Source of the DNA: a virus
Lineage: Duplodnaviria > Caudoviricetes
Strand: one strand, 5' to 3'
DNA: 40,695 nt
IMG/VR virus record: IMGVR_UViG_3300002301_000003
Span: 1-40,695 of that record
Below are positions 16,369 through 23,669 of the stretch, in pieces. The notes below the pieces were generated by a model. The model had not been told where the DNA came from, searched no databases, and saw only the letters and a list, made by a program, of their open reading frames with translations. Position numbers and translations under genes: made by a program. The first letter of the stretch is position 1. Every line of letters begins with the position of its first letter.

Positions 16369-16414
16369 GCTTTGCGACCCCGGCAACCTGCTCCGGCTCC
16401 GGGGGCGGTAAAGC
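16369..16414 (-). promoter_or_regulatory. Intergenic hairpin 2
   Basis: GCTTT...CCCCGG...CCGGGG...AAAGC; near copy of hairpin 1. Confidence 0.6.
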
Positions 16415-16415
16415 G

Positions 16416-16658
16416 TTAGGCGGTGGCGTCGGTACTGGCAGGGCCTAGCAAGGCGGCTTGACCGCCTAGCGCCTCTAACGTGCGCGCCGTTATGTAGGTG
16501 AAGACACCTCCGGCTGCGCGTGCGTTCGGCTCGTGGTAATAGGTTTCCCAACCTTTGCCCCCGCGCCGAACGCGCATGGTGTAGGATGTCTTTCCGGCCT
16601 GCGCGTGAACGACATATTCGCCAGGTTTAAATCCGCTTTTGTCAATCAGTCGGTGCAT
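16416..16658 (-). CDS. Early hypothetical protein (80 aa)
   Basis: GGAG RBS; bounded by hairpins. Confidence 0.7.
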   Translation of the reverse strand: MHRLIDKSGFKPGEYVVHAQAGKTSYTMRVRRGGKGWETYYHEPNARAAGGVFTYITARTLEALGGQAALLGPASTDATA

Positions 16659-16679
16659 GGTCGCTTCTCCGTTTGTGGC

Positions 16680-16737
16680 CTAGTGCCATCATCGCCCCGC
16701 GCCGCAAATTAAGTGACGCGGGGCAAGGGGGCATTAG
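16680..16737 (-). promoter_or_regulatory. Intergenic hairpin 3
   Basis: CTAATGCC..GCCCCGCGTC..GGCGCGGGGC..GGCACTAG. Confidence 0.6.
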
Positions 16738-16991
16738 GGCAGCAACGCGACGCATTCGCCGGTTTGGAGCCAGTGGGCGCGCTGAAGAAAAGTAAGCGAA
16801 AAACGTTCGCAGGTCATGGCGTCCCGGATTGCCGACTCCTGCCATGCGACATAAGAGTCGAGATCGTTGACGTGCTGCCTCCCCTCGGTTGCGTCGGATA
16901 TGCACCTCCGGGATATATCGGCGAAGTGCTCCCGCGTCAGGGCTATAGTTTCCGGTGTAAGGGCCACGCCGGCAAAGCTAGGGTTAATCAT
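16734..16991 (-). CDS. Early hypothetical protein
   Basis: ATG 16991 overlaps the upstream stop; ends QTGECVALLP. Confidence 0.7.
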   Translation of the reverse strand: MINPSFAGVALTPETIALTREHFADISRRCISDATEGRQHVNDLDSYVAWQESAIRDAMTCERFSLTFLQRAHWLQTGECVALLP

Positions 16992-17113
16992 TGCGGATTC
17001 CAATCGTTAAGGCGGCACTGTTCATCGTTGCCGCACGTTGCATTCGTATCGGCGCATATGCTGGCCAGTATGACACCGGCCAGTAGTGCGAGGGCGAAGA
17101 TAAGGGCGCGCAC
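16988..17113 (-). CDS. Small membrane or exported peptide (41 aa)
   Basis: GTG 17113 with GGAG RBS; hydrophobic N-terminus RALIFALALLAGVILASI; three Cys. Confidence 0.55.
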   Translation of the reverse strand: MRALIFALALLAGVILASICADTNATCGNDEQCRLNDWNPQ

Positions 17114-17829
17114 TATTCGGGCTCCACCGTGAACCCAAGGGCACGCAATATGCGATAAGACGCCCGCACCCCATTGTTTGTATTCTGGCGCTGCCATGCC
17201 CCCTCACGCGGCGACCAGCGGAACGCCTCGCGCTTCAATGCCGCGATGGTTTCCGCATCGGGCTTGCCGTCGAAAAGCAACTGAACGCGGTCCAACGTGG
17301 TGTTCTGCACCAGCTTTACGCCGGGGAACTCGATTGTGCGATGTTCGGTCGATGCTGATACCTCAGCCAGCGCAGACTTTTCAGCGCGGCGCTCTTGGCG
17401 GTGGAACCACGCGGCCCAGTCCCTACCATACCCGAGCAGCTCATCTAACCGCTTATGCTCCACATCCATCCGTTTTTGATTGCGGGCGACAGGGAAGTGA
17501 GCGGGGCCGGTGAGCATCCAATTGACGGTGCGCGATCCGGCTGACTGGAACGCCGCCCAGCGCTTTACGCAACCTGCAACCCACGCTTCGATTTGCTCCG
17601 GCGTCGCACCCATCACGGCCAGCTTTTCGCAGACCTCGGCAATAAGCGAGGCCCAATCGTTCAATGCGCCATGAGCCTGACGCTCGGGCGAAAACGTGCG
17701 TTGGCTAAACCATCCAACAAAGCGCCCGAAGTCGCCGCCAACAGAGGCAAGCAGGCGGTCGCGTATGATCGCAGTGCCATAGCCGCCAGCCGTCGCAGTG
17801 CCGCGCTCTTCATGTGCCAGTTTTGTCAT
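17113..17829 (-). CDS. Early protein resembling DUF3560/polyvalent-protein-associated domains
   Basis: GAGGAG RBS; MLTGPAHFP and RVQLLFDGKPDAETIAALKREAFRWSPREGAWQR motifs. Confidence 0.65.
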   Translation of the reverse strand: MTKLAHEERGTATAGGYGTAIIRDRLLASVGGDFGRFVGWFSQRTFSPERQAHGALNDWASLIAEVCEKLAVMGATPEQIEAWVAGCVKRWAAFQSAGSRTVNWMLTGPAHFPVARNQKRMDVEHKRLDELLGYGRDWAAWFHRQERRAEKSALAEVSASTEHRTIEFPGVKLVQNTTLDRVQLLFDGKPDAETIAALKREAFRWSPREGAWQRQNTNNGVRASYRILRALGFTVEPE

Positions 17830-17845
17830 TGTCTCAACTCCTCTT

Positions 17846-17895
17846 GCGTTGTCCAATGCGCCCTTGCCCGGCGGCAAGGGCGGTAGGGAGAGCGC
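17846..17895 (-). promoter_or_regulatory. Intergenic hairpin 4
   Basis: TCC-ctac-CGCCCTTGCC(gccg)GGCAAGGGCG-catt-GGA; same internal loop as hairpin 1. Confidence 0.65.
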
Positions 17896-17896
17896 G

Positions 17897-18238
17897 TTAG
17901 CGTGCCGGGCCTGGTGGGAATGTGACAGCTGAATTGCCGTAATAGTTTCCCGCCCGCCATTCGGTTTCTAGATCATCGCGCAACGCCTTTTGCACTTGAA
18001 TCCTATCGGCACGAGGGAATACGGAGCTCCATTTTTCACCCTCAAGGCAAAATTCAGCCACATAGGATCGTGCAGCCAGCTCGACTGCGTAGGCAAGGCC
18101 CTCAACCGCAAAATCGCTGACATAAGAGCCCTGCGCTATGCGCTTCTCGTATGCGCGGGCCATATGCTCCCGCGCTGCGCAGGAGCGCGCGCAAGAGGTT
18201 GTCGCCCAGATATAAAGCTCTTTTGCCGTATCGTTCAT
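17897..18238 (-). CDS. Early hypothetical protein (113 aa)
   Basis: GAGG RBS; bounded by hairpins. Confidence 0.75.
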   Translation of the reverse strand: MNDTAKELYIWATTSCARSCAAREHMARAYEKRIAQGSYVSDFAVEGLAYAVELAARSYVAEFCLEGEKWSSVFPRADRIQVQKALRDDLETEWRAGNYYGNSAVTFPPGPAR

Positions 18239-18251
18239 TTTTCAATCCTCT

Positions 18252-18308
18252 ACTAAGTTCACCTATGGGCTGGCGGGCTCCAATCGCCAGCCCCAAGGAA
18301 AGCCTAGT
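18252..18308 (-). promoter_or_regulatory. Intergenic hairpin 5
   Basis: GGGCTGGCG...CGCCAGCCC core with extended flanking pairing. Confidence 0.55.
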
Positions 18309-18316
18309 TTAATCGT

Positions 18317-18505
18317 TCAATCCTCCACTGTCCAAGTGGCGCGATAGCCGAAAGAGGTGCGCTCCGCTTTTTGCTGATCCGGCCCCAGACGCGCAGCACA
18401 AAACTTTACGCGCCAGTCGCTCATCTCGTGCCTCTTGCCGTCAATGAAATAGCGGAAGCGATAGACGCCTCCCCAACGCGATGATGTCTTAACAAATTTG
18501 CGCAC
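18317..18505 (-). CDS. Early basic hypothetical protein (62 aa)
   Basis: AGGA RBS and GTG start. Confidence 0.65.
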   Translation of the reverse strand: MRKFVKTSSRWGGVYRFRYFIDGKRHEMSDWRVKFCAARLGPDQQKAERTSFGYRATWTVED

Positions 18506-18509
18506 TGTC

Positions 18510-18650
18510 CTACCCTTTCAAAATTTCAGCACATTCCAGAATACGCACCAGCTCACGGGCCCATTGCGCCGCCTCGTTGTCTTTGCCGCAGGCTTTATAG
18601 GCTATGGCTTTCGCCATGGCGCGGCTTGCTTCGGATCGATCAATGCTCAT
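18510..18650 (-). CDS. First early gene (46 aa; not in ORF track)
   Basis: AAGGTG RBS; MSIDRSEASRAMAKAIAYKACGKDNEAAQWARELVRILECAEILKG. Confidence 0.65.
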   Translation of the reverse strand: MSIDRSEASRAMAKAIAYKACGKDNEAAQWARELVRILECAEILKG

Positions 18651-18680
18651 TGCGAATCACCTTTCGTTGTCTGCGCCTCA

Positions 18681-18708
18681 TTTCTAGTCATGCGGCTAGG
18701 ATTGTCAA
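18681..18708 (-). promoter_or_regulatory. Putative sigma70 early promoter
   Basis: TTGACA-N16-TAGAAA with an upstream T tract, just before the first leftward gene. Confidence 0.65.
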
Positions 18709-18723
18709 GTCAAAAAAACTAGC

Positions 18724-18880
18724 GCTGTATGCTGTATTGTTGCTGTATGTCTGCTGTATTACAACACCGGCGCCGTTGTGTGCTGTATGCTGTATCTCCC
18801 CTAGGGATACAGCACAGACAGCGCAGAAACCCAGCAATACCTGGGCTTTTGGTGTTTTGCTCTGTTTTGCAAAATACAGC
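18724..18880. repeat. GCTGTAT heptamer cluster (6 direct, 2 inverted)
   Basis: Direct at 18724, 18731, 18742, 18753, 18782, 18789; inverted at 18807, 18874. Confidence 0.85.
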
Positions 18881-18900
18881 GGGGCAGCATCCTGGGCGGT

Positions 18901-18985
18901 GAGGTTAGGCATTTGCCCATGGGGGTCGTCGAGGCTAGGCATTTGCCCATGGGGGTCGTCGAGGCTAGGCATTTGCCTATGGGAG
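18901..18985. repeat. 30-bp tandem repeat, about 2.8 copies
   Basis: Unit GAGGYTAGGCATTTGCCCATGGGGGTCGTC. Confidence 0.9.
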
Positions 18986-19246
18986 CCTGTCATGATATAA
19001 CATCTCATAGTCTTCGCGGCGCTGCGGTGTCTCAGCCTTCTAACACACCAACACACCTCCAAACCCCCACTGGCCCGCCCATCCCTTTGATTTCATTAGC
19101 TTTTCGCCTAATGTTCCTGTTAGGTTCTCAACCTTGGGTAAACCCTAGCCCCCTCCCAGGTGAAAAAATTTTGAAGACCTCACTCAAAAATCGCCCAACT
19201 TTTCAAGAACCTAAGCCGTATAACCACACAGACCTCCCATCCCTCC

Positions 19247-19275
19247 TTGACAACATCCAAGGCTCAGGGCAGACA
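19247..19275 (+). promoter_or_regulatory. Putative rightward promoter
   Basis: TTGACA at 19247 with a weak -10 (CAGACA) 17 nt downstream. Confidence 0.4.
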
Positions 19276-19312
19276 GCACCTCGGAACACGAACCGCCGGC
19301 AGGACAAAACCT

Positions 19313-19807
19313 ATGAACCAATCTCAATTCGAGGCTGACCTGACCCCACTGGTCCGTCATGCGATCACCGGCGGTGCCGGCATCATCGCCGGATTGCTCG
19401 CCGCCCACGGCTACGCCACCCAAAGCCAAGAGGTTCTGTCCTACGCCGTGGCTGGCGCTGGCATGGCAGCCGCTTACGCCACGAGCATCGTCTGGTCACG
19501 GGTGTCCTCGAACAAGACGGCAACCGCCATCATCACCGACGCCCCCTTCGACGAGGTTGGTGAACTGGCCTCCGTGGTTCAGGACTTCCGAGCCCGAGGC
19601 GCGTCGCCGATGCTCGTGGCCCACACCGCTCAGGTTCTCGCGTCGCTGGCCGTGGCCGAGACGCAGGCCCCTCCCGTCATCGCCTCGCCGCCTGTGCCTG
19701 CCACACAGGTGGCTGAGCCCCCGCTGGCGGCTGGTGAGCCTCCCATCGTTGCGCCGCCAGCGGGTGAGCCCGCCTCTGGCGCCTTCATTTGGCAGGTGTC
19801 AGCATGA
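19313..19807 (+). CDS. Putative holin-like membrane protein with Pro-rich tail
   Basis: Two N-terminal hydrophobic segments; first gene of the lysis cluster; AGGA RBS. Confidence 0.55.
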   Translation: MNQSQFEADLTPLVRHAITGGAGIIAGLLAAHGYATQSQEVLSYAVAGAGMAAAYATSIVWSRVSSNKTATAIITDAPFDEVGELASVVQDFRARGASPMLVAHTAQVLASLAVAETQAPPVIASPPVPATQVAEPPLAAGEPPIVAPPAGEPASGAFIWQVSA

Positions 19808-20166
19808 ACAGCTTCGCCAAGGGCTTTCGCATTTCGCTCTTCCTGAGCGCTCTCCTGTGGGCAGCCATCATCTGGTCCGCGCTGCTGATCGCCGGGTGTG
19901 CGACGGCGCCCGTCAGCACGACCACCCTCGCCGCGGTTGAGCAGTCTGCGACGCTGACCACTCAGGCCGCTGACACCTACGTCATCACCGCCAACCCCTC
20001 GCCAGCGACGCGCGCCCTGATCGGCAATGCGTCCAATGACCTTCACGCCGCAGTGAAGTCCCTCGAAGCGCAGCCAGCCGGAACGCCCCTCGACCTCTCC
20101 GCGTTCAACGCGGCGCTGGCAGCCCTCGCGGCGGCTGGCGTGCCAGTTAAAGCCCCGACGCCATGA
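19804..20166 (+). CDS. Putative lipoprotein (spanin-like)
   Basis: Hydrophobic leader ending in lipobox LIAG-C; in lysis cluster. Confidence 0.6.
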   Translation: MNSFAKGFRISLFLSALLWAAIIWSALLIAGCATAPVSTTTLAAVEQSATLTTQAADTYVITANPSPATRALIGNASNDLHAAVKSLEAQPAGTPLDLSAFNAALAALAAAGVPVKAPTP

Positions 20167-20438
20167 GCACCACCGATAAAGTCAGCGGCCTCGTTGCCGA
20201 CGCAGCCGCGATCCTGGGCGCGCTCAACCCCATCGTCAACGTCGTCGACCCCGCGATAGGTGCAGCGTTGACACTGGTGCAGAAGATCGCCAGTGGCGTC
20301 GCCGCCGCAGAACCGACAGCCGTGGGCTTGTACACCATGCTGACATCGGCTACGCCCCCCACAGAAGCACAGCTCACCGACTACGCAGCCGCATATGACG
20401 CAGCGTTCGCAAAGCTCAACACGGACCTACAGGCATGA
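20163..20438 (+). CDS. Hypothetical protein (91 aa)
   Basis: ATGA overlaps at both ends. Confidence 0.7.
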   Translation: MSTTDKVSGLVADAAAILGALNPIVNVVDPAIGAALTLVQKIASGVAAAEPTAVGLYTMLTSATPPTEAQLTDYAAAYDAAFAKLNTDLQA

Positions 20439-20815
20439 CCTACATCGTCGCATCCCTTGCCATCGCCACATTGCGAGGCGTCGAGCGCGCCCTTCGGGGT
20501 GGCCAGGCTGTCAACCCCGCCGCGCTTGGCGCTGTGAACTCTGGCCTCTCTGGTCTCGCCGCCCGAGGCACCGAGCCGACCGCAGCAGAGGTCGAAGCGG
20601 TCAGCGCCGCGATGCGCAACCTGAGTGTGGCCGAACCTGCGGCCGAGCCGACCGCAGCACAGGCCGAAGCGGTCGGCGCCGCGATCGACAACCTGACTGC
20701 GGCCGAACCTGCGGCCGAACCTGCGGCCGAACCTGCGGCCGAACCTGCGGCCGAACCTGCGGCCGAACCTGCGGCCGAACCCGTGGTGGTAGATGCCCCT
20801 CAATCCGCCACTTAA
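20435..20815 (+). CDS. Hypothetical protein with (AAEP)7 repeat
   Basis: ATGA coupling; internal EPTAA duplication. Confidence 0.65.
   Translation: MTYIVASLAIATLRGVERALRGGQAVNPAALGAVNSGLSGLAARGTEPTAAEVEAVSAAMRNLSVAEPAAEPTAAQAEAVGAAIDNLTAAEPAAEPAAEPAAEPAAEPAAEPAAEPVVVDAPQSAT
20698..20781. repeat. Perfect 12-bp tandem repeat x7
   Basis: Unit TGCGGCCGAACC. Confidence 0.95.
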
Positions 20816-21236
20816 GCAAAGCCCTGCCGGAGAGGCTCTCACCAAGAGCTTCGAGGGGTTCAGGCTCACCTCCTACCAAGACGGCGCTGGCGTCTGGACG
20901 ATAGGCTGGGGCCACACGCAGGGCGTGAAGCCGGGGCAGACGATCACGCCAGAGGTCGCAGAGTCTTTCTTCCTCGCCGACACACACGCCGCCGTAGCCG
21001 GGGTGAACCGCCTCGTGAACACCGCGACGCAGAACCAGTTCGACGCGCTGGTGGACTTTGCTTTCAACCTCGGCGTTGGCAGCCTTGAAAGCTCGACGCT
21101 GCTCAAGCTCCACAACGCAGGGGCGTTCAACAGTGCCGCAGGGCACTTCGGGCATTGGATATACGCAGGAGGAGGTATCGAGCAGGGGCTCGTCCGCCGC
21201 AGGGCCGCAGAGACAGCGCTCTACACCAAGGCTTAA
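20793..21236 (+). CDS. Endolysin, GH24 lysozyme
   Basis: E-x8-D-x5-T triad in FEGFRLTSYQDGAGVWTIGWGHT; QFDALVDFAFNLG; GLVRRRAAE. Confidence 0.95.
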   Translation: MPLNPPLKQSPAGEALTKSFEGFRLTSYQDGAGVWTIGWGHTQGVKPGQTITPEVAESFFLADTHAAVAGVNRLVNTATQNQFDALVDFAFNLGVGSLESSTLLKLHNAGAFNSAAGHFGHWIYAGGGIEQGLVRRRAAETALYTKA

Positions 21237-21259
21237 CAACGGGCTGGGAGGCCGACGAC

Positions 21260-21469
21260 ATGGCAGAAGTGATCCAGCAGCGTTCGAGCTTTATCGCTGA
21301 GACAAGCTACGACCACGACACCAACGAGCTTGAGGTCACCTTCACCGACGGCAAGACCTTTGCCGCAACGGTCCCCCGTGCGGCCTACACCTCCTTCATC
21401 ACCGCGCCCTCTCGCGGTAAGGCGTGGCACCAGATGCTCAAGGACCGCTACGACTGGGAGGAACAGTAA
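21260..21469 (+). CDS. KTSC-domain protein
   Basis: SSFIAETSYD...LEVTF...VP...FITAPSRGK pattern; GGAGG RBS. Confidence 0.8.
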   Translation: MAEVIQQRSSFIAETSYDHDTNELEVTFTDGKTFAATVPRAAYTSFITAPSRGKAWHQMLKDRYDWEEQ

Positions 21470-21699
21470 TGGCTGACATCCACAAGCTCCCTTGGGTCAA
21501 CAACCTCGACGTCGCCGACAAGACCGACTACCCCGCCTACCTGCGCGGGCTGGCCGACCTGATCGAGAACGGCACCGTCGAGGCCGAGGGTATGACAGTC
21601 GCCATAGTGCTGCCCGGCTCATCTATCACTCTGGCGCGCGTCGGTCTCACCGCCATTGAAGCCGCCGGCGTACTGGCTGTGGCCGGTAGGATCGTGTGA
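21469..21699 (+). CDS. Hypothetical protein (76 aa)
   Basis: GGAGG RBS; start and stop overlap neighbours. Confidence 0.7.
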   Translation: MADIHKLPWVNNLDVADKTDYPAYLRGLADLIENGTVEAEGMTVAIVLPGSSITLARVGLTAIEAAGVLAVAGRIV

Positions 21700-23666
21700 C
21701 CCCCGAGGAACAACACGCCCAACTGTTCAAGCGCCTGTACGAAGACCGCGTACTGGCGCACCGCATCCTATTCGCCCACCGGCACACCAGCCGCACCCAG
21801 CCCTTCCACGAAGCGATGATCCGCGACTGGCATAACCCGGCCCACCCGCGCTTGCTGGAGATGGCCTTCCGAGGTTCAGCCAAGTCCACCATCGCAGAAG
21901 AGGCTTTGATCCTTCTGGCGGGCTTCCGGGAGTTCAAGAACGGCCTTGTCATCGGCGAGACCTACGACCGCGCCTGCGAGCGCCTTCATACCGTCCGCCA
22001 CGAGATGGAGACCAACGAGAAGCTGCAAGAGGTCTTCGGGTCACTCGTCGGCCCCACATGGTCCGACGGCGAGATCGTCACCAGCGCAGGCGTCCGCCTG
22101 CTGGCGCTGGGGCGCGGGCAGGCGCTGCGCGGGACCAAGTTCGAGGAGATGCGTCCCGACGCCATCTTCTGCGACGACATCGAGAACAACGACAGCGTTG
22201 CCGACGAGAAGCGGATCATGAAGGTACGCCGATGGTTCTTCGGCGAGCTGCTTCCAGCCTGTGACATCCAAGCTCTGGTCCGCGTCGCCGCCACGCCATT
22301 GTCTCCCGACGCCCTCGCCGTGCGGCTGCTGCGCGCCGAAGGGTGGAAGTCCAAGATATACCCGATCGAGTTCATCGGAGAAGACGGTGAGAGGAAGGCC
22401 ACATGGCCCGACCGATACCCGCTCGACTGGATCGATAAGAAGCGCGACGAGCTTGCCGAGCAGGGAATGATCGACGATTTCGAGCGCGAGTACCTGTGCC
22501 AGGTCATTCGCAAGGGCGAGCACACCTTCTCCGAACTTCCGATGCCCGTCGAGCCGCAGGTCCGAACGTGGCAGGCGGTCTACGCCATGTTCGACCCGGC
22601 GCGAACCGTGAATAAGGGGAGCGCCACCACGGGCTTTGCAAGCTGGTCGTGGACCGGCGCGGACCGCTTGGTTATCTGGGACGCATGGGGTAAGAAGCTC
22701 ATGCCCGACGAGATTGTCGCCGCCATGTTCGAGGTGGGCCTCAACAGTGATCTACCGCCCGTGTGGATGGGCGTCGAGGAGGATGGTCTGAATGAATTTC
22801 TTCTCCAGCCGATTCGCTCCGAGCAGGCCCGCCGTGGCCAGTCTATCCCTTTCCGAGCTGTCCGCGCGCCGAAGGGAAAGATCGACTTCATCCGGGGGCT
22901 ACAGCCCTACTTCCGGGCAGGCCGAGTATCATTCGCAAAGGACTGTCCTGATCTTGCTGCCCAGCTCCGCAGGTTCCCGTCAGGCCCTATCGACGTACCT
23001 AATGCTCTCGCATATGCTCTACGTCTTCGCCCCGGCGCTCCGATCCACGAGCACTTCTCGTTCCGTCACGTAGTCGAGGACATGGGCGCCATCGGCGGGG
23101 CGCAGCCCTACCTGGTGGTGGGCGCCGAGCGCAACCTGCTGGCGGGAGTATTGGCCTATGTGCGTGAGGGGTCGATATACTTCAAGGAGGACTGGCTGCG
23201 TGAGGGGTCCCCTGCCGAGCACCTCCCCGAGATGGTCGCCGCAGCGCAGATGTCCGCAGGCAAGAAAGTCGTCGTGGTCTGCGAACCAAAGCACTTCGAC
23301 TGGGCCACCAACGTCGGTATCACACAGGCGGCTGGCCGCATACCCGTGACGGTGCAGAGGAGCGGCACCAGCATAGACGGCCAGCCTGTGCTGTCTCGGC
23401 TGTTCCAGAAAGAGGCTCGGGGTTTCCCTTGCGTGCAGGTGTCCACAGCGGCGCGCTGGACGCTCAACGGGTTGGCAGGCGGGTACTGCCGGGGATTGAA
23501 GAACGGCGTCCTCACGCTCAACGCCGAGGAGGGCCCCTACCGCGTGCTGATGGAAGCCGTCGAGGGCTTCGCCTCCCTCACCGATGCCGGAGCGTTTGCG
23601 GACGACGATGACTTGAGCTATGCGATGACGGCAAGCGGGGTCAGGCACCTGTCCGCGAGGAGATAA
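21696..23666 (+). CDS. Terminase large subunit with C-terminal extension
   Basis: AFRGSAKST, IFCDDIE, FEREYLC, nuclease MFDPA/VEEDG/DVPNALAY; directly upstream of portal. Confidence 0.9.
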   Translation: MTPEEQHAQLFKRLYEDRVLAHRILFAHRHTSRTQPFHEAMIRDWHNPAHPRLLEMAFRGSAKSTIAEEALILLAGFREFKNGLVIGETYDRACERLHTVRHEMETNEKLQEVFGSLVGPTWSDGEIVTSAGVRLLALGRGQALRGTKFEEMRPDAIFCDDIENNDSVADEKRIMKVRRWFFGELLPACDIQALVRVAATPLSPDALAVRLLRAEGWKSKIYPIEFIGEDGERKATWPDRYPLDWIDKKRDELAEQGMIDDFEREYLCQVIRKGEHTFSELPMPVEPQVRTWQAVYAMFDPARTVNKGSATTGFASWSWTGADRLVIWDAWGKKLMPDEIVAAMFEVGLNSDLPPVWMGVEEDGLNEFLLQPIRSEQARRGQSIPFRAVRAPKGKIDFIRGLQPYFRAGRVSFAKDCPDLAAQLRRFPSGPIDVPNALAYALRLRPGAPIHEHFSFRHVVEDMGAIGGAQPYLVVGAERNLLAGVLAYVREGSIYFKEDWLREGSPAEHLPEMVAAAQMSAGKKVVVVCEPKHFDWATNVGITQAAGRIPVTVQRSGTSIDGQPVLSRLFQKEARGFPCVQVSTAARWTLNGLAGGYCRGLKNGVLTLNAEEGPYRVLMEAVEGFASLTDAGAFADDDDLSYAMTASGVRHLSARR

Positions 23667-23669
23667 CCA

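Noticed and set aside
16345-16425. Twister ribozyme or second hammerhead (CCGCCTAAC, GGTCGCAAAGCC, GGTGATGA on - strand)
   Set aside because: The required stems and pseudoknots could not be built; the CCGCCTAA match is the end of the upstream gene.
18901-18985. Mini CRISPR array
   Set aside because: The 30-bp units are directly adjacent with no unique spacers.
18626-19338. ORFs across the central repeat region
   Set aside because: They translate DNA repeats, lack convincing RBSs and overlap promoters.
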